Shown: piece by piece, positions 9,915 to 21,233 of the stretch
How positions within the stretch are numbered: position 1 is the first letter of the stretch
Layout: each line of letters starts with the position of its first letter
IMG/VR virus record: IMGVR_UViG_3300035696_000017
Span: 1-64,000 of that record
Source of the DNA: a virus
Reading direction: 5' to 3' (one strand)
DNA: 64,000 bases
Position numbers and translations under genes: made by a program
The notes under the pieces: generated by a model
Seen by the model: only the letters and a program-made list of their open reading frames with translations
What the model was told of the DNA's origin: nothing
Databases searched by the model: none

Positions 9915-12900
9915 ATGCCGGCACAGGGCCAGACCACAGGGACAGGGCAGAAGAACGAAGCGACGCAGTCGTTCTTCGTCTTCGTCCGCGACAACAACAC
10001 AGGTGCGATCACTAGCGTTGTGATCCCTGGCGATGTGCAGGTGGGCCTCAACGGCACCCCTGCCGACATGACGTTGCTGGGCCGGTTTAGCATCAACGCC
10101 ACCAACTACGACGTCACCCTCGCCAACAAAGGCATCCTTCAGACCAGCCCTGACGACACCGTCATCGGTGTCAGCCTGATCACGACCCCCGTCAGCGGGC
10201 GCATCTCGCTGTACCTGTCCCAGACACCCCGCGAGGGTGAACTGCACTTCGTCAAGGACCTGACCGGGACCAGCGACCTGGTGCCGATCGACATCTACCC
10301 GACGACGGGTTACACCATCGACGGCATGGAGCTGGTGACGTTGTCTGACACGACAGCATCGCTAGCGTTGGTCTTCATCAACGGCAACTGGTACCGTCTC
10401 ACTGCAGGTATCGGTTCTAGCGGTGGCTCTGGCGCCAACCCAGACGACACTTTCGTCACCGTCGGCTTGAACAGCGACCTCCCCGAGTCCCGATACATGA
10501 CGGGTTCGGTCAACATCCTGATGACGGATGACGGCCCGCGGTCCAAGGTCTACTTCGATCTTTCGACGATCCTGGGAGCCAGCGCTGGCACCTACTACTT
10601 CGCAACAGTTACCGCTGATGCCTATGGTCGGGTCACCGGTGTCGGCAACGGCATCCTGACCGGCTCTCGCGGCGTCACCGTCTCCAACGCTCTGGGCACC
10701 GCCCAGTTCTCAGTTGACCCAACGTTCTTCGTCGGTCAGGGAGGCGTTGCAATCACCACGGCGCCCAACGGCAACCTCATCATCAGCGGCAGCAGCGGCG
10801 CGGGTTCAGTGACGGGTTCCGTCGGCGTTCTGGTGGGCTCGGGCGCGCCGGCCAAGCTGTCGATCGATCCAACGTTCTTCATCGGCGAGGGAACTGTCAC
10901 CGTTTCGTACGACGGCAGCAACCTGATCATCTCAGGCAGCGCTGAGTTCGCAGGCCAGTTTGCACCCTCCAGTGCCGAGTACCTGCTCCTGGGGTTGACG
11001 GGCTCGCTGCCCAATAGTCGCTTGTTCTCGGCGGGCCTCGGGCTCTCAGCGACTGACGGTGGTCCCGAGAACACCTACACCGTCAACATCAACCCCAGCG
11101 TTGTTGCTACGGTATCGGGCACCACCTTCACCGGCGCCATCAAGGCCCCATCGATCACTGCATCATTGGGCATCATCGCCCAGGGCACCGCGACGGGCGG
11201 TGGCTTCTCGGGTTCGTTGCAGTTGCTTGCCGATGGGCACACTCCGTACCTGGTCGGCGCTGGCAGCGTTGCAATCACCACGTCATCCAACGGGCAGGTC
11301 GTCATCAGCGGCTCGGGCGGCACCGGCAACATCACCAGCCTGACAGGCACCGGCGGCACGTCGGTCTCCAACGTTAGCACCGCCTACACGGTGTCCAGCA
11401 GCATCTATGCAAACGACTATGCTTCATACCTGTTGACCAGCGCCAGCTCGGGACAACCACCCGAAGCTCGGGTCTTGACGCCCGGTTTCGGTGTCACGTT
11501 GACTGACAGCGGTCCCGGCGGCACCCTCACCGTCGCTATCTCAAGCTCCATCGTTGCATCGCAGAGCATCGGAGCCAACCTCTACGCCAGCTATCTGTTG
11601 GTCGACCCCGACGCAGAAGACGTCAATGCTCGAACGATCAACGCAGGTTCGGGCATCACCTTCACTGATGGGGGCCCTGGGGGCGCATTCACCATCAGTT
11701 CAACGGGCGGTGGTACCGTCAGCAGCCTTGCTTCTTCGGTGACTGCAAGCGTCTACCACGGGTACTGCACTGGCTCGTTGACGTGGCCCAATGACACCAA
11801 CTGGACGTCGTACCTAAGTGGTGGACCAACCAACTGGTTCGACACCGTCGAAAACGGCATCACCCGCAACGGGTCAGTCTTCACTGTCAACCAGACAGGA
11901 TTGTACCGGGTCCGCACTGACTTCAACTATGCGGGCACCGGGTACATCGCAATGCGCCTGTCGGGCACGACGGGTGGTACCGAGGCGCAGCGCACGAGCT
12001 ACGACGACAACACGCCCACGATGTTGATCATGGACGCCATCTGTCCATTGACGGCGGGCGTCAACTACACCCTGGAGTTCGCCACCAAGTCATGGACGGC
12101 ATCGACGTGGGGACCCAGCGACCCCATCGGTGGTCCCGCTCCTGACACTGAGAACATGCGGACAGGTGAGATCAGCATCTTCCTGATCGCTCAACCCCTC
12201 ACCATCAATGTCACCCAACAGGTCACCTCGTCAGGAGCAGGGTGGGTCACCGCCGTCGACATCCCGTTCGACGCTCAACCCAACCAGACCTTCACTGGCA
12301 ACAGCACGGTGACGATCGACAACTTCGTCTTCACCCAGCTCAACGCGGGCAACGCCTCGTCAGCAGCAGTCGTCAACGGCACCGGTGTCCAGTGGACCAA
12401 CTCGTCCGCAGACGACATCTTTGGTGGCACCTTCTCGGCACCCGTGCTGGCGATCCAGCTGCAGAACTTGTTCTCAGGATACTCGCTGCCCGATCACAAC
12501 ATCAGGTTGTGGTGGTGGATCAACCAAGACAGCGTCAGCACCAACTACGACGGTGCAGTCTTCGGCCTGACGTTGGGTGGTACCACGGGTTCGTTGGGCT
12601 ACTCTCCTACCACTTTCAACATCACCAACAAGAAGGGTTACTACGCTGGCCTGGGCTACAACCCACAGGTCAACGCCAACGGCACCAACTACTACAACAT
12701 CGATCTGAACGGGTACGAGACGTACAACGTCATGATGTTGCAGTACGACCGCAACGGTCGGACGTACTCGTGGTTCATCGGCTCGGGTAGCATCATCAAT
12801 GGAACTGACACTTGGCCCTCAACGAACCAGATGCAACAGCTGCTGGTTGGCGATCTCAACATCGGTCCAAGCGAGCTCTACGTCGGCTTGCCCGTCACTG

Positions 12901-15900
12901 GGTCTGGCAACCCAGCGGCGTTCTTTGGTCTGGCATCAACGACGGGTAACCACATCGTCGAATCGTTCCGACGCCTCCGGTTTGACTACCTGACCCCCAA
13001 CAACGTCATCACCGGGCCCGCCGCGCCGCTCAACGTTGTCACCGCTTCGTTGACATCATCGATCACCGTTCCAATGGAACCCACAGTCATCCAGCTGTGC
13101 ACGGTCACCAGCTCGTGGACCGACGTCGGGATCTGGGCCAAGTGGTCAGGCCAATCGACGGGCGACAACACGATGTGGGTCAACGTGTTGGTCGACGGAA
13201 CAGTCCGCGCGAACCTCAGCACCTTCACCGAGATCGGCACCAGCGGTGACGGCTTCGGCGGCAGCCTGATGGGATACGTTGCGGGTCTCGCGGCCGGGAC
13301 CCACACCTACACCCTGGAAGCCACCATGGGTGGCACGAACCTGCCCACCATCAACCCAGTTGCTTACCTGTCGGCGGGCAGCCGGGAGATCTCGTACCAG
13401 GGTGCCACCCTGATGCTGATGAACCTGACCGGGTCAGGTGTCTCAGTAAACGAGACCATCGGTGGCAGTTCCAACTTCGTCGCCTCCGGAGCATATTCTG
13501 GACCCAACGCGTGGGTCGAGAACGGCATTGCCAGCGCCTCCATCTACCCCGGCAGCACCCAGATCCGGACCACGTCGTCGGTAGCGATCGACACCCAAGG
13601 CAGGGTCGCTGGTGACATCGGGTCAGACGTCTTCTTCTTTGTGTCGGGCACGACGGGCATCCCAGTGGGTACCTCAGGCCGACAGGTTGCGGTGTTCGGC
13701 GGCAACGTCGTCATCAGCGGCAGCACCCACACCGAGGGTGGTCTCAGCGTCGATGGCACCGGTACCTCGCTGAGCATGATCGGGTCCGATGTCTTCACCT
13801 GGATCTCGGGCACCATCGGGGTCCCGGCGGGAGTCGCCAACCGCAAGGTCGCTGTCTTCGGTGGAGATGCCATCGTTAGCGGCAACCTGATCGTCGGCGC
13901 CGGGCCCAACGGGCCCGCAACGGGCTTCACCGGTTCGTTGACCCAGACTGCCCAAGGCAACCCGTTCATCGTCGGCATCGGCAACGTCTATGTCACCAGC
14001 AACTCCGCTGGCCAGATCATCCTCAGCGGGTCCGGTGGCGGGGGTGGAGGGGGCACCGCAGGCGTCAACCTGCAGAATCAGGGAGTCGCGCTGCCGCACG
14101 ACCCGTACACCCTGATGAACTTTGTGGGTTCTGGCGTCACTGTCACAGACGTGGGTGGCAACGCGCAGGTCAGCGTGCCTGGTTACACCGGTGCCGCTAT
14201 CCCGGGCGCCTTCGGCATCTACACGGGCTATACCACGGCGTCCCTCTACTGGAACCAAACGGGTTCTTTCACCGCCTTCACCGAAGCGTTGAATGGGGGC
14301 CAGTGGGTTGACTCGCTCAACGTCAACGTCCTTCGTAACGGAGCTCAGTTCACTTTCCTGCAGTCAGGCTTTTACCGCTTCATGGCGGACTTCAACGCCT
14401 ACGGTAGCGATGCCTACATCACCCTGCAGCTCAGCGGCACCAACAACGGCAACGGCATCCCGTTGCAACGCACCACGTACCGTTCCTCACCCACTGACCA
14501 GAGCCTAGTCTTCATGGACGGCATCTTCCTGGCCAATGCCGGTGACATCTACACCCTGAACTACATCACGTCAGGGACCACCTACCCATGGACGGGTTCC
14601 AACCCGGTCCCGGGGGATGGCAACATGCGAACGGGTGAGGTCAACGTCCTGTTGATCCCATCAGGTTCGACCAACTACTACTCCATCACTGCATCGGTGG
14701 CGGGCAACGCCTACGCTCCCGCCAACTGGGTCAGCAACACCAATCCAGACTCGGTGGCCATCAACTCCACCAACTACAACGGTTTCAACACGATCCCAGG
14801 TCTGACGACGACGATCACTTCGTCTGGCGGCGCCGTCATGGTCCTGTGCCAAGCCAACTGGCTCGCTTATACCAACCTGGCACAGACGTCGTTCACCATC
14901 ACCCGTGATGGGACCAACCTCGGTGATCCGACCTACGGCATCATCGTGGTTGGCCCGAGGCTGCAGTCATGGAACCAAAATGCCAGCTGCTTCTTCATCG
15001 ATTTTCCGCCGGCTGGTGTCCACACCTACACCTACCAAGCCAACGCCCTAGCGGGCACGGGTTACCTGACCTCCTACGGCGCGGGACCGGCATCGATCCA
15101 GGCTTGGGAGATGAGGAACGCCAACATCGTCACCGGCTCAACGACAAACTCAACGTTGATCAATGGAGGCTACACTCCCATCAACGGCCTGTCAGCGAGC
15201 ATCATCCCGGTCAAGAACCCAGTTTTGGTCATGGCGTTGGTCGACCCCAGGGCCACGGCAGCAGGTGACTGGTCAGCTGCAGACTTCTTCCGTAACGGCG
15301 TCGAGTACGGCAACGCTACCCAGGGCACCCAGACGCTAGCGATCCCATCCGCCAATGAGTTCCAACCTGCCATGCTGTTCTGGTTGGACACGGGGCCCAC
15401 TTTCGGCTCGAGCAACCAGTATGTCGTCAAGGCCCGTCTGGGTGCAGGTACCAGCCACACCTACGGTGCCAACAACACCAAACAGATCATCGCGTGCTGG
15501 GAGCTGACTGACATCAACTGGAAGTTCGCCCAGACTACCGCTGCTACCAACACCGGTGGCAGCTTCACCGACATGATCGGTACCTCTCCCGCTTTGGAGA
15601 TCAGCACCCGGGGTCGGCCTGTCCTGGCGTTGTCCAACGCCAACATGAACCCTGACAGCAACAGCGGCCGTTCAGCGTTCACCTTGTTCCGCAACGGCAG
15701 CAACCTCGCCACGTCATCGTACGGTTTCCAGCTGGTCGACGGCGAGAACGATAACAGCTGGAACACGGCCACTTCGCTGATGTGGATCGACAACGTGACA
15801 CCGGGCAGCTACAACTACCAGCTGATGGGCCAGACCGTCAGCGGTTCGGGAGGCAACACCGGTGAGTCATCGATGCCGACCAACTTGTTCCTGTACGAGC

Positions 15901-16565
15901 TCGATGCGGGTTACCAGACGGGCTTGGTCAACGGCGGCTGGTACGACGAAGGGAACCTGCTGTTCACCACAGCATCGGTCCAGATCACCAACAACCTGAC
16001 GGTGGGTGGCAACCAGTCCATCGGGGGAAACCTGACCGTCAACGGCACCGGAAACAGCGTCTTCGATGGCAACCTGACGGTGTTGGGTCTCCTGACCTTC
16101 TCTTCGGGTTCAAACCAGCCCATCACTGGTTCGGCCGTCACCCGTCAAGCCCGTTTCCCGATGTTGTCGGCGATGGTGACGTCTCCTCAGTACCTGGCCA
16201 ACAAGGCCAACTTGGGGGTCTTGTACTGGGACCCGTCAAAGTTCAACACCGGCCTCTTCGGCCTCAACTTCTACTTCAGGGCGCTGTTCCAACCCGTCTA
16301 TGGTACCGGCAATGCCTACGTGGACCTCTATGACTACAACGGCATCATCAACGGCACTCCGGGACAGGTGTTGGGTTCTGTGTTGACGGCATCGCTGCCG
16401 ACGGGTCTCCAAGCATTGTCGGTCAGCCTGACCAGCATCCTAAGCGAAGTGACCGGTTCAGGGATCTTCTTGGCCCGTGGGTGGGCTGACCCATCGGGCA
16501 GCAACTTCATCAACGTGGGCGGCGTCGAACTGATCGCAGAATGGACGGGCAACAATGTCCCGTGA
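9915..16565 (+). CDS. Tail fibre / long S-G-T-rich virion protein
   Basis: 2216 aa; fibre motif VTADAYGRVT; repeated ISGS and VAVFGG..ISG modules. Confidence 0.7.
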   Translation: MPAQGQTTGTGQKNEATQSFFVFVRDNNTGAITSVVIPGDVQVGLNGTPADMTLLGRFSINATNYDVTLANKGILQTSPDDTVIGVSLITTPVSGRISLYLSQTPREGELHFVKDLTGTSDLVPIDIYPTTGYTIDGMELVTLSDTTASLALVFINGNWYRLTAGIGSSGGSGANPDDTFVTVGLNSDLPESRYMTGSVNILMTDDGPRSKVYFDLSTILGASAGTYYFATVTADAYGRVTGVGNGILTGSRGVTVSNALGTAQFSVDPTFFVGQGGVAITTAPNGNLIISGSSGAGSVTGSVGVLVGSGAPAKLSIDPTFFIGEGTVTVSYDGSNLIISGSAEFAGQFAPSSAEYLLLGLTGSLPNSRLFSAGLGLSATDGGPENTYTVNINPSVVATVSGTTFTGAIKAPSITASLGIIAQGTATGGGFSGSLQLLADGHTPYLVGAGSVAITTSSNGQVVISGSGGTGNITSLTGTGGTSVSNVSTAYTVSSSIYANDYASYLLTSASSGQPPEARVLTPGFGVTLTDSGPGGTLTVAISSSIVASQSIGANLYASYLLVDPDAEDVNARTINAGSGITFTDGGPGGAFTISSTGGGTVSSLASSVTASVYHGYCTGSLTWPNDTNWTSYLSGGPTNWFDTVENGITRNGSVFTVNQTGLYRVRTDFNYAGTGYIAMRLSGTTGGTEAQRTSYDDNTPTMLIMDAICPLTAGVNYTLEFATKSWTASTWGPSDPIGGPAPDTENMRTGEISIFLIAQPLTINVTQQVTSSGAGWVTAVDIPFDAQPNQTFTGNSTVTIDNFVFTQLNAGNASSAAVVNGTGVQWTNSSADDIFGGTFSAPVLAIQLQNLFSGYSLPDHNIRLWWWINQDSVSTNYDGAVFGLTLGGTTGSLGYSPTTFNITNKKGYYAGLGYNPQVNANGTNYYNIDLNGYETYNVMMLQYDRNGRTYSWFIGSGSIINGTDTWPSTNQMQQLLVGDLNIGPSELYVGLPVTGSGNPAAFFGLASTTGNHIVESFRRLRFDYLTPNNVITGPAAPLNVVTASLTSSITVPMEPTVIQLCTVTSSWTDVGIWAKWSGQSTGDNTMWVNVLVDGTVRANLSTFTEIGTSGDGFGGSLMGYVAGLAAGTHTYTLEATMGGTNLPTINPVAYLSAGSREISYQGATLMLMNLTGSGVSVNETIGGSSNFVASGAYSGPNAWVENGIASASIYPGSTQIRTTSSVAIDTQGRVAGDIGSDVFFFVSGTTGIPVGTSGRQVAVFGGNVVISGSTHTEGGLSVDGTGTSLSMIGSDVFTWISGTIGVPAGVANRKVAVFGGDAIVSGNLIVGAGPNGPATGFTGSLTQTAQGNPFIVGIGNVYVTSNSAGQIILSGSGGGGGGGTAGVNLQNQGVALPHDPYTLMNFVGSGVTVTDVGGNAQVSVPGYTGAAIPGAFGIYTGYTTASLYWNQTGSFTAFTEALNGGQWVDSLNVNVLRNGAQFTFLQSGFYRFMADFNAYGSDAYITLQLSGTNNGNGIPLQRTTYRSSPTDQSLVFMDGIFLANAGDIYTLNYITSGTTYPWTGSNPVPGDGNMRTGEVNVLLIPSGSTNYYSITASVAGNAYAPANWVSNTNPDSVAINSTNYNGFNTIPGLTTTITSSGGAVMVLCQANWLAYTNLAQTSFTITRDGTNLGDPTYGIIVVGPRLQSWNQNASCFFIDFPPAGVHTYTYQANALAGTGYLTSYGAGPASIQAWEMRNANIVTGSTTNSTLINGGYTPINGLSASIIPVKNPVLVMALVDPRATAAGDWSAADFFRNGVEYGNATQGTQTLAIPSANEFQPAMLFWLDTGPTFGSSNQYVVKARLGAGTSHTYGANNTKQIIACWELTDINWKFAQTTAATNTGGSFTDMIGTSPALEISTRGRPVLALSNANMNPDSNSGRSAFTLFRNGSNLATSSYGFQLVDGENDNSWNTATSLMWIDNVTPGSYNYQLMGQTVSGSGGNTGESSMPTNLFLYELDAGYQTGLVNGGWYDEGNLLFTTASVQITNNLTVGGNQSIGGNLTVNGTGNSVFDGNLTVLGLLTFSSGSNQPITGSAVTRQARFPMLSAMVTSPQYLANKANLGVLYWDPSKFNTGLFGLNFYFRALFQPVYGTGNAYVDLYDYNGIINGTPGQVLGSVLTASLPTGLQALSVSLTSILSEVTGSGIFLARGWADPSGSNFINVGGVELIAEWTGNNVP

Positions 16566-16580
16566 TCCAAGGAGGACGCT

Positions 16581-17885
16581 ATGAGTGGGCTGATCAGGGG
16601 TAAGATCGAGTGTGTGGTGCCGACCAGCTCCACCAGCTACTACTACACGCAGAATGTACAGGCGATCTTCACGAATCTGTACAACTACTTCACCTCACAC
16701 CCGAACTACACGCTGATCGCATCGTTTTACGGTGCTACATCACCCCAAGTGCCCGGTGGGACGGCAGCTGGCTTGGGAACGGGCTTCTGGAACAACCCAA
16801 ACGGCTCGTGGGGCTTCAACGCCTTCTTCGTTGTCAGGGCCAACGCTACCGCTACAAGACCCTACGACGTCTACCACATGTTCCAGTGGGCTGGTCCGAC
16901 CAACTACGGCAGCCCACAGTTTGGAGCAACGGCGGGGACGACCGCATTGATCCAGGGCAGCAGCACCATCAATGGCAGCTTGGTTGGCTCCGCCAACGGC
17001 GTGGTCTTGGCACACGCTGCCGCCATCGGCATCGGTGGTTCAGGAGGCAGCTCACTGAGCCCGCTAAACGGCAATCCATGGAGGGGAACGTCCGCAGCCA
17101 ACGGCGCTGACACCAAAGCATCAACGGGCCCCATCTGGGGAGCGCCCTCGGGCGGTGGCACCGGCGTCATCATCTTCCCGCGCAGCAACAACAACCACGG
17201 AGGCACCGTGACGCTGGCCCAGAACATGACGTTGTTGGTGTATTGGACGGGCCAGACAGGAATCCGGTACCACATCATCGGTGATGATGACTCATGGATC
17301 TTGACGGTCGACTACAGCGACGGCAACCTCTACAACCTGAACTACAGCGGGCTCTACCAACCCAGGACCAACCTGTCGATCCCGTACCCATACGTGGTCA
17401 TTGACGGGGGCGGCACGGGCCTGCCCCTAGCCAACAACTACACGTTCGGTGACGTCTACGGAAGCCTGGCAGGGACGACCGCATACGAGGGCGGCATTGT
17501 CAACGTCCTGACGGGCAGCTCGGCCGGGTGCCAAGTCGATCACTACTCGGTCTTTAACACGCAGCCTGACTTCTGGCCCAACAAGCAGTGGGGGACCTCT
17601 CCTGGCACCTTCGACATGCTCGACATCCCAGTTGGGATCTACGAGATAGTCGGGGGCCAGAACCAGAGCGGCATCCTGGGCCAGATCGACTTCTTCAGGG
17701 AAGTGTACAATGTACCGACGAACGGCGTCCTGTCAGACTACTCTCGCCTCTTCGTCGGTGCCAACGCCGTGGAATCGCCCAAGTACGCCATCCCATGGGA
17801 CAAGGAAACCAAGACGATCCCACGCTCGGGAGACACTTTGCAGGGGTACAACTTCGTCGCTCCCTCGCTATCTACTTTGACCTGA
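16581..17885 (+). CDS. Virion protein, paralogue 1 of 3
   Basis: AGGAGG SD; shares MSGxxRGKIEC, FTSHPNY, IFPRS, GDDDSW, LGQIDF and PWD..PRSG with the next two genes. Confidence 0.75.
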   Translation: MSGLIRGKIECVVPTSSTSYYYTQNVQAIFTNLYNYFTSHPNYTLIASFYGATSPQVPGGTAAGLGTGFWNNPNGSWGFNAFFVVRANATATRPYDVYHMFQWAGPTNYGSPQFGATAGTTALIQGSSTINGSLVGSANGVVLAHAAAIGIGGSGGSSLSPLNGNPWRGTSAANGADTKASTGPIWGAPSGGGTGVIIFPRSNNNHGGTVTLAQNMTLLVYWTGQTGIRYHIIGDDDSWILTVDYSDGNLYNLNYSGLYQPRTNLSIPYPYVVIDGGGTGLPLANNYTFGDVYGSLAGTTAYEGGIVNVLTGSSAGCQVDHYSVFNTQPDFWPNKQWGTSPGTFDMLDIPVGIYEIVGGQNQSGILGQIDFFREVYNVPTNGVLSDYSRLFVGANAVESPKYAIPWDKETKTIPRSGDTLQGYNFVAPSLSTLT

Positions 17886-17895
17886 GGCAGAACAC

Positions 17896-19236
17896 ATGAG
17901 CGGACTAGTCAGAGGCAAGATCGAGTGTGTCCTCGCCCCCATCAACAGGCAGGACCAGACGCAGGAGTTCTTCACGAACCTGTACTCGTTCTTTTCGAAC
18001 CACCCAAACTACACCGTCATCGCGTTGCAGTACGGTTCGTCGGCAGCCAACCTGCCCAACAGCACCAGCTCGGGCACCGGCACCAACTACTACAACCAAG
18101 CCAACAGCTTCGGTTACAACGCCTTCTTCGTTGTCAGGGCCAACGCCACTGCCGCACGTCCGTACGACGTCTACTACCTGTTCCAATGGGGCGGTTCACC
18201 CACCCAAGTCGGTACTAGCTACGAGCTCGGAGCCTCACCAGGCAACCCAGCATTGGCGGCAGGCTATGCCTATGGGAATGCTGTCAACGGCGTGGGAGGT
18301 AACACCAACTACACAACGCTGATCGTCCAGGCAGCTATCGGCATCGGTGGAACTGGGGGCAGCAGCCTCAGCCCCAACAACGGCAACCCTTGGAAAGGAA
18401 CCTCCAACGTCAACGGTGCTGATACCAAATCTGCCGCGGCCATTGCCGGGGCCGGCCCTGTCTGGGGAGCTCCGTCGGGCGGCGGCACTGGGGTGATGAT
18501 CTTCCCTCGAAGCTGTGATGGAGCACAGGGAACGACAACCATTGCAGGGACCTACGCCCACTTGGCCCAAGACGGCGGGTTGATCTATGCCCTTGACATC
18601 GACACGCAACAGACGAGGATGAGCATCGTTGGAGACGATGACTCATGGTGCCTCATGGTTGACTACACCGACAACGGCAACTACTACATGATCTACAGCG
18701 GCCTCTATGTGCCACGGCCGAACACCCAGAACGTCGAGCTGAACTACCCGTTCGTGTGCTTGTGGGCATACCAAACCCTACCCATGCCGTTTGGTGTCAA
18801 CAACCAGTATGCACCGCCGACCAGCAGCGACCAGTACATGGGAGGCATCTGCAACTCAGTGTCGGGCACCGTCAACAGCGTGTCAATCGACCACTATGCC
18901 AACAACTTCGTTGTTGACACCAACTTCAACCCAGACCACCAGATGGCAAACCTGGGAACGGTCTACAACGAGTGGCCCATCTGGGTTGGCCAGTTCGAGA
19001 ACTACGGCGGCACCCAGCTGACGGGTTACCTGGGCCAGATCGTCTTCATCAAAGAGATGTACAACGTCAACACCAACGACACCAAGAGCGACTTCTCCCG
19101 CATCTTCATCGGGTCAACGACCCTGGCGCAGTCAAAGGTCTCAGTTCCCTGGGACTCGCAGAACAACACGGTGCCAAGGAGCGGGACCACAGTGGCAGGA
19201 GTGACGTTCGTCACCAGTCTGGGAGGAGGGCTGTGA
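17896..19236 (+). CDS. Virion protein, paralogue 2 of 3
   Basis: Same conserved blocks as 16581-17885. Confidence 0.75.
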   Translation: MSGLVRGKIECVLAPINRQDQTQEFFTNLYSFFSNHPNYTVIALQYGSSAANLPNSTSSGTGTNYYNQANSFGYNAFFVVRANATAARPYDVYYLFQWGGSPTQVGTSYELGASPGNPALAAGYAYGNAVNGVGGNTNYTTLIVQAAIGIGGTGGSSLSPNNGNPWKGTSNVNGADTKSAAAIAGAGPVWGAPSGGGTGVMIFPRSCDGAQGTTTIAGTYAHLAQDGGLIYALDIDTQQTRMSIVGDDDSWCLMVDYTDNGNYYMIYSGLYVPRPNTQNVELNYPFVCLWAYQTLPMPFGVNNQYAPPTSSDQYMGGICNSVSGTVNSVSIDHYANNFVVDTNFNPDHQMANLGTVYNEWPIWVGQFENYGGTQLTGYLGQIVFIKEMYNVNTNDTKSDFSRIFIGSTTLAQSKVSVPWDSQNNTVPRSGTTVAGVTFVTSLGGGL

Positions 19237-19237
19237 T

Positions 19238-20722
19238 ATGAGCGGCTACGTACGAGGCAAGATCGAGTGTTACATCTGCAACAAGAACGAGAACTACAAC
19301 GTTCAGAACGTCTTCAAGAACCTGTACGACTTCTTCACCTCACACCCGAACTACACGCTGATCGCGTTGAACTATGGTTCGACCAACGGTCCTGCCTCCT
19401 CGGGTGCGGGCACGGGGACGGGCTACGTCGACGCCCAGACAGCTTCGGGTGGAGCCACCTTCGGCAACAACGCCTGGTTCGTCGTCCGCGCGAACCCAAC
19501 TGTGGCTCGTAGCTTCGACGTCTACCACTTCTTCCAGTGGACGGGTTCGCTCAACAGCACCAACGGGCAGGCTTGGGGAACCACCAACGGGCAGGGCAAC
19601 GCGGGTTACCCGGGCTACTTGAACGGCGTCTCGAGCAACGGTGGACCCATCAACCAGAACTATGCTTACATCGGCTACCAGTGCGCGATCGGCATCAGCG
19701 GTTCCGGGGGACCCATCTCCGGCAACCAGATCACTGGGCCGGGTCTGACCGGCTTTGGGGGCAGCTCGTCGGGCAGCCTCGCTGCGGGTTTCGGCAACCC
19801 CTGGCGCGGCGGCATGAACGCCCTGACGGGCACCCTGGGCATCGATGTCAAATGTGGCAACGCGCCCACCAATGGTCTCAACGGCGTCTGGGGTGCTCCG
19901 CCCGCAAGCGGCAGCTATGGGGCCGGTACCGGAGTGATGATCTTCCCGCGGAGCAACGACGGCAACACCGGAGCGTTCCAGTGGGGTTCAACGGGAGGTC
20001 ACTTTGCAGAGAACTGCGCTTGCATAGTGGCAGGAAACGCCAACCTGACATCAGACATGCGGATGCACATCGTTGCTGACGATGACTCATGGGTTTTCTG
20101 GTTCGATGGCCAGGACACCTACGCGGGATCTCCCTGCAGCTTCTCATACTCGGGCCTCTACAACCCCCGGAACGGATTGCCATACGGGCAACAAGCAACG
20201 CTCACTCCCTACTGTGTCATCATGGACGGCGTTGATGCGATGCCCTGGAGCACGAGCAACGAAACGGTGTACGGAGACATCGCTGGAACCTCTGGTCGCC
20301 AGGGCGGCATCATCGGCAACCTGACGGCTAGCGTCCGGCCGCTGGTGATGGACCTCAGCGCGTTCTTCCAAACCAACACGGTGTTCAACCCAAACTCGGC
20401 GTTGTCCAGTTCTATCGGGGGGATCGGCGGGGTGGGAGCGGGTGGCGGCGCCTACTACGACGAGTACGACATCCCGGTTGGCATCTTCGAAGCCACCCCC
20501 GTCCAGATGTCGGGCTACTTGGGCCAGATCGACTTCATCAGGACAGTCTTCAATGCGCCGTCTCCGATGGTCAGGTGGGACTTCAACCGACTGTTCATCA
20601 CCAGTTCGCCTTCATTGGGCCAGACGGTGTACTCGATCCCATGGGACAGCCAGAACCGGACGGTGCCCAGGTCGGGAATCTCCCGTGCTGGCATCACATT
20701 CGTCAGGCCGGGACCGCCCTGA
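19238..20722 (+). CDS. Virion protein, paralogue 3 of 3
   Basis: Same conserved blocks; GGAGG SD. Confidence 0.75.
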   Translation: MSGYVRGKIECYICNKNENYNVQNVFKNLYDFFTSHPNYTLIALNYGSTNGPASSGAGTGTGYVDAQTASGGATFGNNAWFVVRANPTVARSFDVYHFFQWTGSLNSTNGQAWGTTNGQGNAGYPGYLNGVSSNGGPINQNYAYIGYQCAIGISGSGGPISGNQITGPGLTGFGGSSSGSLAAGFGNPWRGGMNALTGTLGIDVKCGNAPTNGLNGVWGAPPASGSYGAGTGVMIFPRSNDGNTGAFQWGSTGGHFAENCACIVAGNANLTSDMRMHIVADDDSWVFWFDGQDTYAGSPCSFSYSGLYNPRNGLPYGQQATLTPYCVIMDGVDAMPWSTSNETVYGDIAGTSGRQGGIIGNLTASVRPLVMDLSAFFQTNTVFNPNSALSSSIGGIGGVGAGGGAYYDEYDIPVGIFEATPVQMSGYLGQIDFIRTVFNAPSPMVRWDFNRLFITSSPSLGQTVYSIPWDSQNRTVPRSGISRAGITFVRPGPP

Positions 20723-20742
20723 TCTGAGAGGTGAACTAACAA

Positions 20743-21225
20743 GTGGCGACAGACCTTTCAGTAATCGTCTCAGGCTCGTGGTACACGGGCTCGATCGGAG
20801 CCTTCCCACTCCCGAGCTACGTAGCGACAGCTTCGCTCGCCGCGTTCACGGGGTCGCAGCTGGGCGCTACTGGCCTGACGACGTTCATCGTCTCGGGTTC
20901 ATCGTACACGGGTTCATTCGGCAAGCAACCGTTGTCCAGCTACGTGGCGACGGCCTCGCTTGCTGCAATCACTGGGTCACAGCTGGGCGGCGGCACCACG
21001 GGCTATTACGCCCAGCTGCTCAACTTCCAACAGGCAACGACGGGTTCAGGGGGTGGAGGAGGTAGCTTCACCCTCTACACCTACGTCCTGACGGGCTTTT
21101 ACGTTGCGGGAGCCAGCAGGGAGACCTGGTACGGAAACAGCGTCAACACTCCCAACCCGAGTGGTCATCCGTTGATCGACATCACCGTGATGGGTTCGTA
21201 CCCGCCACAGAACTCGGCTACTTAA
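20743..21225 (+). CDS. Small virion protein with internal tandem duplication
   Basis: IVSGSxYTGSxGxxPLxSYVATASLAAxTGSQLG occurs twice. Confidence 0.6.
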   Translation: MATDLSVIVSGSWYTGSIGAFPLPSYVATASLAAFTGSQLGATGLTTFIVSGSSYTGSFGKQPLSSYVATASLAAITGSQLGGGTTGYYAQLLNFQQATTGSGGGGGSFTLYTYVLTGFYVAGASRETWYGNSVNTPNPSGHPLIDITVMGSYPPQNSAT

Positions 21226-21233
21226 GGATCGTC

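Noticed and set aside
16581-20722. Diversity-generating retroelement
   Set aside because: No reverse transcriptase and no TR/VR pair differing only at adenines
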